Positions 26,101 through 40,380 of a stretch of DNA of 64,000 bases are shown here, piece by piece. Below the pieces are notes generated by a model. The model did not search any database and had not been told where the DNA came from. It saw nothing but the letters and a program-made list of their open reading frames with translations. The position numbers and the translations under genes were made by a program. The stretch's first letter is position 1; each line of letters starts with the position of its first letter. The stretch comes from Chiloscyllium plagiosum (lineage: Eukaryota), in NCBI RefSeq assembly GCF_004010195.1, contig NC_057758.1, positions 9,562,850-9,626,849 on the forward strand, given 5' to 3'.

Positions 26101-26470
26101 TTTTTATGAAGCAGTCCCTCAGTCTAAGCTTAGTTTCCGCAATATAGAGCATACTACACTGATCAACAAATGCAGTAGATTATACGAGTACACTGAGTGC
26201 AATGCAGATAAATCCGTGCTTCATCTGGAAATTGTGTTCAGGCCCATAGATACTGAGCAGAGAGGAAGTTATCGGGCAGGTATTATAACCTCTGTGGTTA
26301 CAGGGGAATGTGCCGTGATTCTGTAAAGTGTCAGGACGGCGGTGGATGGGGAGTGGACGAGGTATACTAGAGGGAATAGTTCTCTGCAGAAGGCTGACAA
26401 GAGAAAACAAAGCGTGTGTCTGTTGCTAGCATCTCACTGAAGATGGCGGGAATGGTGTCTAATGATCCTG
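25500..26470 (-). mobile_element. Decayed Penelope-like element (Cys-rich linker + GIY-YIG + pLTR)
   Basis: GTFPCNHRGYNTCPITSSLLSIYGP..CSMLYIAETKLRL; degenerate hammerhead near 25590-25630. Confidence 0.78.
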
Positions 26471-27594
26471 AAATATTATGTAAGTCATACTCAACAGATG
26501 GGTCAGTATTTGCCGGGAAAAGATCCGATGCATTTTCTTTTTGATCAGTGAATGGACAAGATTCTTCCAATGATCATGTGCTGGAAAAAAAGTCAGTTCT
26601 TTCCAGTCCTTAAGTATTTATTCATTAATCAAAATAATAGTCTTATCTAATAAGTTGTCATAGCTGGTTGTCGAACCTTGCTTGTGCACTTTTCCTGGTG
26701 CATCTCTGACTTTCGTGCAGGTCTATAGAATGCAACGAAGGCACGTGTTTTCGACGAGGTCAAACCCCATCAAAATATTTTTTAAAAATAGCCCCGACCT
26801 TAACCTCCTAGTTCTGTGAAGCAGATGGGTAGTGGATATTTCAGGAGTGATTCAATTGGCTCAACCGTTAAGTTTTAAACAAAACAGAATTTATTTGCAA
26901 GGTTACCGAATGGAACACAAACAATAGAGAACATAATACAGAATAATTTAACTATTCAAAAACCTAACGGATTATCCCTACTGAATGATGCATTTCTCGA
27001 TACTTGCAACAATCTCCATAAACACCCCTTAGCAAAACAGTAAACTCAAACACAGGGCCTGCCAGAGAGAGGGAGGATCAGAATGGACCTGCTTCTTTAT
27101 ATCCAGCAGCTGCCCAATTGAATGCTTGTTAAAATCAACCCAAACAAACCAGAGTACATTCAAACCAGAGTAAGGCTGAGCTGCTTCTAACGTACCCTTG
27201 CAATTACTCGATGACTTGATCTTAAGTTGTAATCAGTATATTGATGCTCGAGGGCAATGGAGATAAGACTGGATATTGGGATTAGTTGGATAGGTAATTT
27301 GGTATTTAACCTGCTCCCATGCTTGTCTAATTCTGTGCAGTTTGTCAATTTTTTTTTCAGTTCTGAACAAGCGCCAGGATTTTTTGATGGAACAGTGACA
27401 ACATTGTTTTACACTGCACGCAAAAAAGTTCTGCACCTGTGTTTGGAGAACTTTGTTTTTGGACAGATTGTAGGAAAGTTTTCTTCATACGACATGCTGA
27501 ACTATGCCAGCTCTGAAGTTCTAATGGGAAGAAGAAAGAGGAAAGTTTTCTGTGAGTTTAATTTGTGTCGTTAAGTTCTGGGTGTTTGGATTGG

Positions 27595-28435
27595 ATCAAT
27601 GCTTTCCTTTATTAGTCAGTATATTGAGGATAGGAGTTGGGAGCTGAAAATGTGTTGCTGGAAAAGCGCAGCAGGTCAGGCAGCATCCAGGGAACAGGAG
27701 AATCGACGTTTCGGGCTTATGCCTGAAATGTCGATTCTCCTGTTCCCTGGATGCTGCCTGACCTGCTGCGCTTTTCCAGCAACACATTTTCAGCTCTGAT
27801 CTCCAGCATCTGCAGACCTCACTTTCTCCACAGGAGTTGGGAGATCATGTTGCGGCTGTAAAGGACATTGGTTAGGCAACTGTTGGAATATTGTGTGCAA
27901 TTTTGGTGTCCTTCCTAATGGAGAGATGCTGTGAAACTTCAAAGAGTTCCGAAACATTTACAATGATGTTGCCAGGATTGGAGGATTTGAGCTACAGGGA
28001 GAAGCTGGACAGGCTGGGGATGTTTTACCTGGAGCGTCGGAGGCTGAGGGTCACCTTATAGAGGTTTACAAAATTATTATGAGAGGCATGGGTAGACTAA
28101 ATAGACAAAGTATTTTCCCTGGGGTGGGAGGGTCCAGATCTAGAGGGCATATGTTTAGAGGTGAGTGGGGAAAGATATAAAAGAGACCTAAGGGGCAACT
28201 ATTTCACGCAGAGGATGGTACGTGTATGGAATGAGTTGCCAAAGAAAATGGTGGAGGCGGGGACAATTGCAACATTTGAAAGGCATTTGGATGGGTAGAT
28301 GAATAGGAAGGGTTTAGATGGATATGGGCTGGGTGCTGGTAGGTGGTATTAGATTGAGTTAGGATATCTGGGCTGCCATGCACGCATTGGGGTAAAGGGT
28401 CTGTTTCTATGCTGTACATCTTTATGACTCTATGA
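27595..28435 (+). mobile_element. CR1 3' portion (host of a fold-back insertion)
   Basis: Same subfamily as 8975-9944, with a tatgactc tail. Confidence 0.85.
27644..27831 (+). mobile_element. Fold-back Penelope-derived insertion
   Basis: About 75-bp inverted arms centred on gggcttatgcc. TSD aggagttgggag at 27632-27643 and 27832-27843. Confidence 0.85.
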
Positions 28436-28459
28436 CTGCAGTCCAACACCGGCACCTCC

Positions 28460-28760
28460 AAATCATGCAGTGTTTAAAGCTGAAAATATAACACATGAAG
28501 GGAATTGACATCTGGGTAATACATTCTGACCCAGACAACGGTGCCCATATCCATTAAGGTACACAAACCAAAGTCTAGAAATGAAAAAATAGTCATAAAT
28601 GAATCAAGTAAAATACATAAATGGACATGAGTGTTAACACGTCTCTAATAAATATCTGAGAAAACAAGATTGTGACTTGTTGATTGTCATTATTCTCTGT
28701 ATTGGAGAGTCAGCTAACTTTCCATTTGAACGCATGAACAATAAAAACAAGTTATTTAAA
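28460..28760 (-). other. Orphan remnant of the GPR139-like intron 1
   Basis: gaatcaagta..atggacatgagtg..taataaatatctgag..cagctaactt matches 14660-14850 and 45370-45530. Confidence 0.7.
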
Positions 28761-28849
28761 CATTACATTCAAAATCGGAATAAAAGGAAGCAGAATTTAG
28801 AACAGTGTAACGACTTGAAAAGTCAACCAAGTTGATACAGCAGCTTATT

Positions 28850-29192
28850 CATAGAATCAGTAAAATGCCGTACAGTAACAGGCCCTTCAGCCCAGAAAGT
28901 TCACACTGACCATCCGCAGAGTATCACACTCAGACCAATTCATCTTTATATTCACCCCTGACTCAGGCAACGACCCTATAAATCCCCGAAAACTATAGGC
29001 AATTTAGCATGACCAATTCAACTAACCTGCACATCTTTGGATGTGGAGGAAACGGGAGCAACCGGAGAAAACCCATGCAGAAACGGCGAGAATGTGCAGT
29101 GTCCACACAGAGATGCGCAAGGCTGAATTCCAACCTGTGTTCCTGGTGCTGTGTGGCATCAATGTTAACCATTGAGGCACTACGTCCACCCT
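28850..29192 (-). mobile_element. HE1-type SINE, decayed
   Basis: ggcaatttagcatgaccaattc..ctgcacatctttgga; related copies at 24670-24985(+), 35145-35450(-) and 36835-37165(+). Confidence 0.75.
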
Positions 29193-29424
29193 GAACAATG
29201 GAGGTGTTCAAATTTCTGTAACAACCGTAAAGACAAGACTTGACAAATGGTAAATACAGACACAGGTTCTCACAGACAACAGGAAACAACTTCCAAAGAG
29301 ACTTCATACAAAAAAAACAGTCAGCAACCATGTGCTGCAGCTTGGAACGTTTCTACACTGCAGTAGCTTCTACTCCTGCCTCCAGCTGCTTTTCTGCTAC
29401 AAATTTACTAATCAAGAAGAGACC

Positions 29425-31545
29425 TAGAACATAGAACATAGAACAGTACAGCACAGAAGAGGCCCTTCAGCCCACGATGTTGTGCCAACCATTGATCCTC
29501 ATGGAAGGTAAACCTAATGTACAAACCCTCAAATTTCTGTGACCATATGCATGTCCAGCAGTCTCTTAAATAGCCACAATGACCTCTCTTCCACAACTGC
29601 TGCTGGCAATGCATTCCATGCTCTCACAACTCTCTGCATAAAGAACCCGCCTCTGACATCCCCTCTATACTTTCCGCCAAACAGCTTAAAACTATGACCC
29701 CTCGTGTTAACAATTACTGCCCTGGAAAAAAGTTTCTGGCTATCAACTCTATCTATGCCTCTCATTATCTTGTACACTTAAATTAGGTCCCCTCTCTTCC
29801 TTCTTTTTTCCAATGAAAAAAGTCCGAGCTCAGTCAACCTCTCTTCGTAAGATAAGCCCTCCAGTCCAGGCAGCATCCTGGTAAACCTCCTCTGAACCCT
29901 CTCCAAAGCATCCACATCTTTCCTATAATAGGGCGACCAGAACTGGAAAAAGCATTCCAAGTGCGGTCTAACCAAAGTTTTATAGAGCTGCAATAAGATC
30001 TCACGGCTCTTAAAATCAATCCCCCTGTTAGTGAAAGCCAAAACATATGCTTTCTTAACAACCCTGTCCACTTGGGTGGCAATTTTAAGCATCTATGCAC
30101 CTGCACCCCAAGATCCCTCTGTTCCTCCACACTGCCAAGAATCCTATCCTTAATCCTGTACTCAGCTTTCAAACTCGACCTTCCAAAATGCATCACTTCG
30201 CATTTATCCAGGTTTACCTCCATCTTCCACCTCTCAGCTCATCTCTGCATCCTGTCAATGCCACGCTGCAGCCTACAACAGCCCTCTATACTGTCAACGA
30301 TACCTTCAACCTTTGTGTCATCTGAAAACTTGCTGCCCCATCCTTCAATCTCCTCATCCAACTCATTAATGAAAATTACAAAGAGTAGAGGCCCAGGAAC
30401 AAAGCCCTGTGGAACACCACTCGCCACTGACTTCCGGGCAGAATATTTTCCTTCTACTACCACTCGCTGTCTTCTGTCGACCAGCCAATTCTGTATCCAG
30501 ATATCTAAACTTCCCTGTATCCCATTCCTCCTGACTTTCTGAACGAGTCTACCATGGGGACCCTCATCAAATGCCTTACTGCAATCCATATACACAACAT
30601 CCACCGCTCGACCCTCATCAACTTGTCTAGTAACATCCTCAAATAACTCAATAAAATTTGTGAGGCATGACCTGCCCCCCACAAAGCCGTGCTGACTGCC
30701 TTTAATCAAGCCATACTCTTCCAGATTGTCATAAAGCCTATAACTCAGAATCCTTTCTAACACCTTGCAGATGACAGATGTGAGACTGACTGGTCTGTAA
30801 TTGCCAGGGATTTCCCTATTTCCTTTCTTGAAGAGAGGAATTACATTTGCCTCTCTCCAGTCCTCAGGTATGACTCTGGTGGAGAGTGAGGATGTAAAGA
30901 TCTTCGCAAGCGGCGAAGCAATCACATTTCTCGCTTCCCAAAGCAGCCGAGGACAAATCTGGTCTGGCCCTGGCGACTTGTCAATCTTAATGTTTGTCAA
31001 AATTTTCAACATATGAGCTTCCTCAATCTCTATCCGTTCCAGCATGCTTACCTGCTCTTCAATGGTTTCATTCACTACAAGGTCCTTTTCTTTAGCAAAG
31101 ACAGAAGCAAAAAACTCATTTAGGGCTTCCCCACCTCCTCAGACGCGATACACAAGTGACCTATGCTATCCCTGATCGGCCCTACTCTTTCTTTGATCAT
31201 TCTCTTATTCCTCAAATACGTGTAAAATGCCTTTGGATTCTCCCTAATCCTTCCTGCCAAGCCTTTTTCGTGCCCCCTCCTGGCTCTCCTCAGACCATTT
31301 TTGAGCTCCTTCCTCGCTCGCCTGTAATCCTGTAGAGCTGAGCAAGACCCTTGCTTCCTCCACCTTACGTAAGCTGCCTTATTTCTTTTGATGAGAAGCT
31401 CCTCCGCTCTCATCATCCAAGGTTCCTTTATCTTGCCCCTTCTTGCCTGTCTCAAAGGAACACATTTGTGCATCACTCGCAACAACTGTTCCTTAAACAG
31501 TCTCTACATGTCTATAGTGCCTTTTCCATGGAACAATTGCTCCTA
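29425..31545 (-). mobile_element. Young CR1 LINE, 5'-truncated RT region
   Basis: ORFs 31120..31485, 30239..31075 (YRPVSLTS, QHGF, GVPQG, FSDDTK), 29778..30092 and 29529..29777, with a (ttctatg)n tail. Confidence 0.95.
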
Positions 31546-31829
31546 GACTTGAACTGAAGAACTGACCACTCCCTTGCCTCAATGCAACACATTTATGTGC
31601 CTCTGCTTTTACGATCTATCTTAAAAGAAAAACCTCAGGACAAAATGACATTTCAAACATGACACCAAAAGATAATCATCAATATACAAAAATGGCTTCA
31701 TTTTTAAAGCTATCAATTTTACTCTGCTGGTACACGGCAATGCATGAAAATTATATTTACTGTAACCATGCAAACATTCACTAATTACAATCTGTTTATA
31801 CCTGTCACCAAATATATTTGTTGTTTTTT

Positions 31830-34250
31830 TTTCACGCAAGCCTGGACAAAATGCTAGCAATTATATTTTATTGTCTGTCAACATGCACAATTCTGAAACT
31901 GAATGCCTGCAATAATAAGCTCTATCTGAAAAGTCTGGATTTTGGTCCATAAATTTATCCAAAAACTTCAATGAATATGATCAGCCACATTACTGTCTCC
32001 GACACATTACTGTTTTCATAAATGTTCAAATGTTACAACGACAACTCCAAGTTGAAATTCCTGTGAAGTTTCGAATATTTCTGGAGATCAATGTTTAATT
32101 TCATGGATAAATACCAGATAGGCCTCTATATCTTCTCTTTGTCTTAGCACAGCACCAATGCCGACATCACTCACATCGATGACCACCTTGAATGGCTTTG
32201 CATAATGAGGTGTGGTTAATACTGTGGAATAGTTTTCACAGCTTTCAGACGATCAAATGCTTTCTGACAGTCTGCTGTCCACTGAAACTTATTGTTTTTT
32301 AAATAATTCAGTCAGTGTAGCAGTTGGATTGCTGACGTTTGATGTGAATTTCAGATAGACCAACACTTTCTCAGGAATCGGAATACTGCTCTATTCGTTC
32401 TTGGCATTGAAAACTCCCTAATTATCTTTGTCACCTGTCAATGTCCGATAACATGGCCCAGGAACGTGCCTTGGGCTTTGGAGAGCTCTCTCTTAGTCAG
32501 ATTTATCACCAAGCCTACCTCCCAAACTCTGATAAATGCTGCAAATATTCCTTCCGTGTATGTAAAAAAAAACCCACCAGTTCGTCCATGTACTGTGCAA
32601 CCCAAAAATGGCTTTATTGGTGAGTCATTCAACTGTAGCTGGAATATCCTTCATAACAAATCTATACAGACCATTCAGTTTTATGAAGCCGAAACTGTCT
32701 TCACTCTTTCGGATAAAGGTACCTGTCGGTATCCCCTTAGAAGCATAAGTTGCTTGTCACACGTTTTCAACACAGTCTTCCAAATGTGGAATCGGATATA
32801 AATCATCCTTTTCAACTGCATTGACTTTGCATATAACATACACATAACCTGCGGGTATCATGCTGTTTTGGCACCATTGCTATGAGTGAGTTCCAATCAC
32901 TGCAACTCTCTTCGATTATGATGTCTCGGAGCATGCATTGAAACACTTTCTGAATAATTGCAAACTTCATAGGGTTACGTCGAGAAGGATGTTGCTTAAT
33001 TGGAACAGCATTTCCTTTACCTACATCACACATAATTAGATTAGTACTTCCCAGGTAATTCCCATATATTCCCCATGCGATAGCAATAACTCTTCCACAT
33101 AATTTCGACTTCCCTCTGGAAAGTAACTTTACAATTTCCCTTAATTTATTCCAATTTGTCACAACTTCCTCATTGTTCAATTCAATTTGAAAACTATCTT
33201 ATTCAGAAATCTTTGAAATTGTTTCTTAATTGTGTGTTGCAAATGGAAACACATTCTCCTTTTGTGTTCCTTGCCTGTTAAAATACCTTTGTGAGTATAT
33301 TTCCATGATGCACTCTGTGAGACTTCTTTCTGTTTGCAGTCTTTATCAAATCGCTCACCTCACTTAATTTCCTTTCGGTTTGATAAGGTTAATTTACGCT
33401 TGCATCTAAATGCTCACACGTCACTGGAAATAACTGTAACACTTTATCTCCACAAGCAAAATTGCGAGTTTTGATTTCTTCTCCGCTTCCTGTTCTTGTT
33501 TTGTCCCATCTATTTGATCAGACATGGTCTGTGATAATTCTATTTCAACGTCCTTCTATGTATTCATTGATTTCTCCTTGTATTTCAAATGGTGGTTTTG
33601 TGATCATGTTGCAGTCATTATAAATCACAAGATCTCCTTCTTACAATACACCAATTGCCTGATTTTCATTGACTTTTCCACCACAGTAAGCAGCTCTCAT
33701 ACCTGTGCACCAGCTTTATCATTAACAAGGACACGTTATATTCTTGGAGCCGATAGTATTTCCAGTGCTTCTACCACCACTTTTCCACTTTTCACTGGAC
33801 TCTGTAACCTCACTCTACATAACTGACCCCTTGTCGTCAAAGTACGAATTTCACGGATCAGCACTTTTTCTGGCAATAATCCTGATTTGCATATTGCATT
33901 AATTTTAATAGTAAGATTGACATGATCCAGTATCGCTTAATACTAAAACCTCTTTACAGGCTACTCATAGCCTGTGATTAAAACTTACTATTGCAAGTAA
34001 AATGCTTAAAAAGGTCTGCTATTTCCCCTCGCAAACTGTTGCACATTCTGGTGCAGCATATAGCCTCCACTGTGAGTTCCTTCACAACTTGAAAAAAATT
34101 CACTGTTTTTTCTTGTTTTACTACTTACCTCTTCTGAATGCTGTTTTCCAACCCACCAACACTGTGTTTGACGTGGGAAACTTTATGCAGTGAAAACAAT
34201 GGATCTTGTTTTTAACTGCTCTTTCTCCTTCATGGGTGTCCTTGTTATTT
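31830..34250 (-). mobile_element. Decayed Gypsy LTR retrotransposon internal region, Gmr1-type order (Gag-PR-IN-RT-RH)
   Basis: Knuckle remnant CFHC (about 34190), protease VLSDTGSCQS (about 33930), integrase C-terminus GDKVL..PYQ.ERKLSEV (33300-33480), RT PIKQHP..MVPK..RLCV and TFLGHVIG, and the RNase H end SLLLQAF..NII..LSR (about 31840-31930). Confidence 0.8.
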
Positions 34251-36119
34251 TGGGTTAAGTATACAGAGTTTTAAGGTAGATAGTTTTCTAGACCAAAACA
34301 AACACCCTTAAAAAAATACTAAAAATATAGCTTTGACGTTTTTTTCCAGTAATTTAAAGCGAGGTGTAACAACTTTCCTTGCAGCTGAAATTTGATTAGG
34401 CAAACTATGACGGCTGAAATAATTTTTTTTATTCATACAGTGAAAGGAAAATGCAGAATTTAAAAAAAAAAACTGGCTTAACTGTAACTCTGCCAAATGC
34501 TTTAGATATAATACAGCAACAACTATTAATTAACAGTTCCAATATAGTAATATCCAATAAACACACCTTTGGCAAAGGCATATTCGGCAAATCCGATCGT
34601 CTCTCATGCCATTTTAGAAGCACGAAGAAAATCGAAGCATTTAGAGGGAGAGGAATAAAAAGTTCCAGATTCACCTTAAAGAACCCACCATTGCTACTGA
34701 AGATTGTAATTTCGGGGGAAAAAATGGTTTCGTGGGAGCTCGGCCAAATAGATTCCGGCTGCTTCTTTGGTTCTAGGTTTTTTTTAAATCAGCCTTACAA
34801 GCTGTTTACTTTATTGACTTTTGTGCAGATTACTCTGCACCTCGGTCTTAATGTCTTTGCGTTAATAAAAAGGATAAAATGTACTACTTTAAGCCACACC
34901 ACCATCACAGTTCCATATCCTTTTCTACTGGAGACAGTTTCCAACTTGTAAATGTATATTTCCAGTCATTTTGCTACAGTTTTGCAATAAATGGCAGGTT
35001 CATTCATCTTAGTTTTGTGAATGTGTTTGTATTTTGCTTTAAATGCGATCATCTGAAAGTGATTTAGAAAGAGGCATCAATATACATTTTTATGAATCCT
35101 AGGAGAATCCAAAATCTGAGGGCATAAGCGTTTTTTTATAATATAGGGTCCTTCCAGTTTAGACACAACTCCAGCAAGTCCGCACCAACCATCCACGCAG
35201 ACCCACTTTCTTAACTATTAATGCACATGTACAACTGACTAATACACTAACCTACTCATTCCTGAACACAATGGGCAATTTAACATGACCAATTCATGTA
35301 ACCTACAGATCTTGGGACGGTGAGAGGAAAACCAGAGGATAAAGGTAAAATGTGCAAACTCCACCCAGACAGTCACCCGAAGCTGGAATCGAACACGGAT
35401 CTCTGGCACTTTAAGGCAGCAGCGCTAATCCCTGAGGCACCATCCTACCCCTGTAAGCTTGATATGAGGCGGGAAAGATTTGAAAGAGACCTGAGGGCAA
35501 CCTTTCATGGAAAATGGTTTACACATTTGGAATGGGTCGCCAGAGGAAGCAGCAGAAGCGAGCACAATTAATATATTAAAACGTTTTAATAGGTACATGA
35601 ATGGGAAGGGTTTTGAGTGATATGGGCCAATGACAGACGATTAGGAGTGGTTCAGCAGACATGTTCAGCATAGAGGAGTTGGACTAATGGGTCTGTTAAC
35701 ATGTTGTACGACTCTATGATTATGAACAAAGTCACAATGAATCTCCAGGAGGATGCGAGTTAGCTGCTGAACGGAACAGATGGCTTTAAAATCATGGCTC
35801 GAGAAATGCTGGAATATTACGTATTAAATCCAAGCATAAAGCACACTGTTTGATTATAATGCTTGGACATAACTTTGTGCTTAGACATTCAAATACTTGC
35901 TTTGAAGTCAAAAATACATGCATTGGCAAATTTCACTATCGCCTTCGATAATAACACAGCAGTCTAAAAAGTTATTTGCTTTATACGACAGAGATCTATT
36001 CCCTTAATAAGTTAAGCGACTTACCTCTCTGGAAAATATATATTTATGTTTATTTCTAAATCACTTTCAGGCGATATCAAATGAAAATATAAATACATTC
36101 GCAGAACTGACCAGAATGA

Positions 36120-36510
36120 AATGCCACCAGGTTATAGTCCAACAGATTTATTTGGGAGCACTAGCTTTTGCAGGCAGCTCCTTCATCAGGTAGCTGTGGA
36201 GCAGGACAATAAGTCCCAGAACGTACAGCAAATTATTACAGTGACATGCAACTGAAATGATACATTGAACAAACATAGATTGACTTTAAGTCTTTCATCT
36301 TTTGGAATGATTTCAGGTTGTAGTTCATTAATATGTATATCCCAGAACTTCTTTTAAGTCACAATCTCGAGATAAATTATGTTTTTTTTTTAAAAAAGGT
36401 GACATCTCAGCTCAAAAAATGCATTAAATTTTTGAAGTCAGAGTCTATCCGTATCCCAATCTTGAGTCAAACTGGGTCTATTTTCAAAGTAGAATTTATA
36501 AATGTTACAT
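36120..36510 (-). mobile_element. Penelope pLTR-type fragment (second family)
   Basis: caccaggttatagtccaacag..cactagcttt..ctccttcatcagg carries a degenerate CUGAUGA..GAAAGCUA hammerhead on the minus strand. Related pieces at 28435-28465 and 61405-61503. Confidence 0.6.
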
Positions 36511-37309
36511 TATTAGAATTTACTGTGTAAAGGAAATGATCTGTCTTTCACGTAATTCAACATAGCGTGCATCAGACATATTAACCGTAAAGAAAGAAGT
36601 AACCCTGTCGAAAAAATAAATCATTTTGTATTACGCCAAAGGAAGTGCCTTGCAAGGATGTCAGAAAAAAAATCCTTAAATTGAAAACAATTCAAAACGC
36701 GTCGTGATGAACAAGTATTGGATATAGGAAGACAGAATATGAAAATAGAACATCGAGACTTACCAAGTCAGGCCATCAGACATTTTGCAAGGATAAATTA
36801 AGAGGCTAAAACTAATTAATCCATATTCGTTTGAACGGCACGGTGGCTCAGTGGTTGGCACTGCTACTTCGCAGCATCAGGGACCCGCCTTTGATTCCAG
36901 CCTTGGGTGACTGCCTTTGACGAGCATGTATAATCTCTTTGTGTCTGCGTGGGACTCCTCCGGCTGTTGCTTTTCCCTTCCACAGTCAATACATAATGCT
37001 GTAGATTACGCAAACTGGCCAGGCTACATTGCCCATAATGTTCAAGGATGTGTCGGCTAGGTGAGATAGACATTGGAAATGTAGGGATAGTGTTGGTCTG
37101 GATGGAATGCCCGTTGGACGTGATGGGCCGAATTGTCTGCTTCCACCGTGTAGGGATTCTTTGAAATCTGTCTCCAGCAGCACTATCCAGTGACCATAAA
37201 GAAATACGAAGTCGAATTACAGGAAAATCTAAGGTATTACTGTGGACTGGCTACAATTATTCGATCTGATTTTTTTGAAGCAGCGCACGTGACTTTCATA
37301 AAATATATA

Positions 37310-39058
37310 ACAACAAAGAACAAAGAACATTACAACAAAGGAGCATGCCCTTCAGCCCTCCAAACCCACGCCAATCCAGATCCTCAGTCTAAACCTGCCA
37401 CCTATTTTCTAAGGATCTGTATCCCTTTGCTCCATACCCATTCATGTATCTGTCTAGATACATCTTAAATGGCGCTATCTTTTCCGTCCCTACCACCTCT
37501 GCTTGCAACCCATTCTCGCCACCCACCACCCTCTGCGTGAAGAAATTTCCATATGTATCTGCAGTAAACTTTTCTCCTCTCACTTTGAACTCGTGATCCC
37601 CTAGTAATTGAATGCTCCACTCTGGGGAAAAAAGGTTTCTTGATATCCACCATGTCTCCACCTCTCAGGATCCCCCTCAACTTTCTTCTTTCCAATGACA
37701 ATAATCCTTATTTACTCCAACTCCCCTCATTGCTAGCACCCTCTAAACCAGGTAATATCTTGGCGAATCTCCTCTCCATCCTCTCCAAAACATCTGCGTC
37801 CGTTTGGTAATGTGGCAACCAGAACTGTATGAAGTATTCTAAATGTGGCTGAACCAAAGTCTTACATGACCTGGCAACTCTTGTATTCAAAACCCTGTCC
37901 GAGGAAAGAAAGGATGCCATATGCCTTTTTGACCACTCTACTGACCTGTGTTGACCTGAACACCCAGATCACTCTGTGTATGAATTTTCCCCAGGGCATT
38001 TCCACTTAATGTATCATTCACTCTTCAATTGGATCTTCCAAAATGCATCACCTGGCATTTGCCCGGATTGAACTCCATCTGCCACTTTTCTGCTCAACTC
38101 TCTATCTCTATTTTACTGTATTCCCTAACAGTCCCCATTCACTATTGGCTACTCTACCAATCTTAGCCTCATCTGTAAATTTTCTAATATGTAATCTACA
38201 CCTTCTTCTTTTATATATCAGAAAGAACAGTAGTCCCAGCACGGATCCCTGCAGACCTCCACTGGTCACAGGTCTGCATTTTGCGAAGCACATTTCCTCT
38301 ACTAACCTCTATCTCCTGTTGCCCAACCAGTTCTCTATCCATCTAGCTAGAACACCCTGGACTCCATGTAATTTCAGCCTCTTCATCAGCCTGTCATGGG
38401 AACTTTGTCAAACACCTTACTAAAGTATATGTACATGACATCTACATCCCTTCCTTCATCAAACAACTTTGTCACTTCGTCACAGAATTCTATTAGGTTT
38501 GCAAGTCATGAGCTTCTCTGCACAAAACCATGCTGCTTGTCACTGATAAGCCATTTTTCTTCCAAATTGGTATATATTCTATCCCTCAGTATTGTCTCTG
38601 GTAGCTTCCTTACGACAGACGTCAGTGTTACAGCTCTGTAATTATCTGGATTATCCCTGCTATACGTCTTAAACAAGGGAAAACCATCTATAATGCTTCA
38701 GTCCTCTGGGGTCTCACCCCGTATTCAAGGATGCTGCAAATATTTCTGTTAAAGCTCAGGGTATTTCCTCTCTCGTTTTCCTGATCAATCTGAGGTAGAT
38801 CCTATCCGGACCTGGGGACTTGTCCACCTTAATGCCTTTTGGAATACTCAACACTTTCTCCTTCCTTAAGTCAACATAGACCAATCAAAGATCTATCCCT
38901 AACCTCAACATGTGCTGTGTGCCTCTGCTCGGTGAATACCGATGCAAAGTACTCATTAAGAATCTCACCCATTTTATCTGACTCAAAGCATATATTTCCT
39001 CCTTTTTCCTTGAGTGAGCCAATCTTTTCCCTAGTTACCCTCTTGCTCCTTATATATG
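37310..39058 (-). mobile_element. CR1 LINE, decayed RT region
   Basis: PVTSGGLQGSVLGLL, KTLVQPHLEY and FFTQRVV pieces, with a (ttctttg)n-like tail. Confidence 0.85.
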
Positions 39059-39568
39059 AAAATAATTATGATGAGTTAGTTAAATTATATATAACTAACC
39101 ACATGACTCAATGAGTCTTTTTCAAGAAGAAATCTATTCACGTTATCAAGTCTGGAACGCAAATGACTCGCATTCTAAGTGTTGCAATTCTTCATTAAGC
39201 GCCGTTTGAATTACCCAGGAACTACGACATGAATCAAAATGGAATGAGAAAAAGTTTCAAATAGGTCATTTATATCTTTTCTAAAAAAATGTGGATAGCT
39301 AGTAAATGGCGTCTTGTTTAGGAACACTCACGCAACAGGACTAATTCAAACCCGTAAAGAATTTGGGAGCTGCACGAAATATGGAACAAAAGAAAGTGAA
39401 GAAAAAAATGCAATATATTAAAGAAGAAACTGGAAGATCTATTGATGGTGGAAATCAGAAACAACAATGGAAAGTGTTGGAAAGACTCAACAGGTCTGGC
39501 AGCACCTATTGAGAGAAATTAGGTTTAACATTTCCGGCTCACTAGCCATTCTAAAAACCTGATGTTGC

Positions 39569-40380
39569 TGTTGCAAATTCGGATGAGTGGATGGTAACTT
39601 TAAGAGAGAAGTGTCTTGCCTAAGCCGGGAGATTGTGACAGCGCATGCGTCTGTTATTAGCTGACGTTTGCACAGAGTGCCGAGTATAGATACTATGTAA
39701 CAGTCAGCTTCAGTTGTTTTTGGATGTTAAGGCACCGGGTTTGAACTTTACCAATTAACTTAAAGCATGCCCAGAATATCAAAAGCCGATTGGATTTAAC
39801 TTTTATTGCATTAAATACATGGGACAAATAAGAGGGGACGGGTCTTGGGGCTTCAACAAGGAAATACATTTTGAAAATTAGTCACAGACAACTGCCCATC
39901 GAATCGAAGAGCGGTTGTCATCTGAAAGGGGCTCTCAAAATAAATCTCTGAGAAGTCGTCATCTACCAGAGATACCAAGAAATGTTTTACAAAGACAATC
40001 GCTGGAAAGATTGTGAAGACGGTCCAGGGAGAAGACGGTACAATTGGAATGAAACAGCAGATTCGGATGACGGGAAGGAAGGCAGCCTAAGAGACTGTAT
40101 GGACATTGCGAGACGAAGTTAATAAATGTGTTCTTGGAGCAGCATTTTATTACAGTTGGCGTCAGATGGTATTGAGTAAGGAAAAAGGGAGTTTGGATTT
40201 GGTAATACCTTTTCTTTCGTGTCGACAGTTAGAGTTGTAAAAATAATTAGTTTCCTTTAAACGGAGGAAATCAGGGGTTTTCTTTCACTCACTCACATTT
40301 CGCAGTTTATGAGGCGAGGTAAGCTTTTCTGGTTGTTTTCGATTTAATGAGCAGTGGGGTTCGATTTTCACGTCGCAATA
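39569..40380. mobile_element. Solo LTR
   Basis: TGTTGC...GCAATA termini, 5-bp gttgc/gtagc flanks, and an empty site gatggtagctc in the paralogous block at about 25631. Confidence 0.65.

Noticed and set aside
26760..27590. LTR-like segments here and at about 4930-5340, 34260-34600 and 52085-52350
   Set aside because: They resemble shark LTRs in composition, but termini and TSDs could not be fixed by eye.
34451..34951. 166-aa plus-strand ORF
   Set aside because: It spans AT-rich LTR-like/Gypsy-flanking sequence with no recognisable domain.
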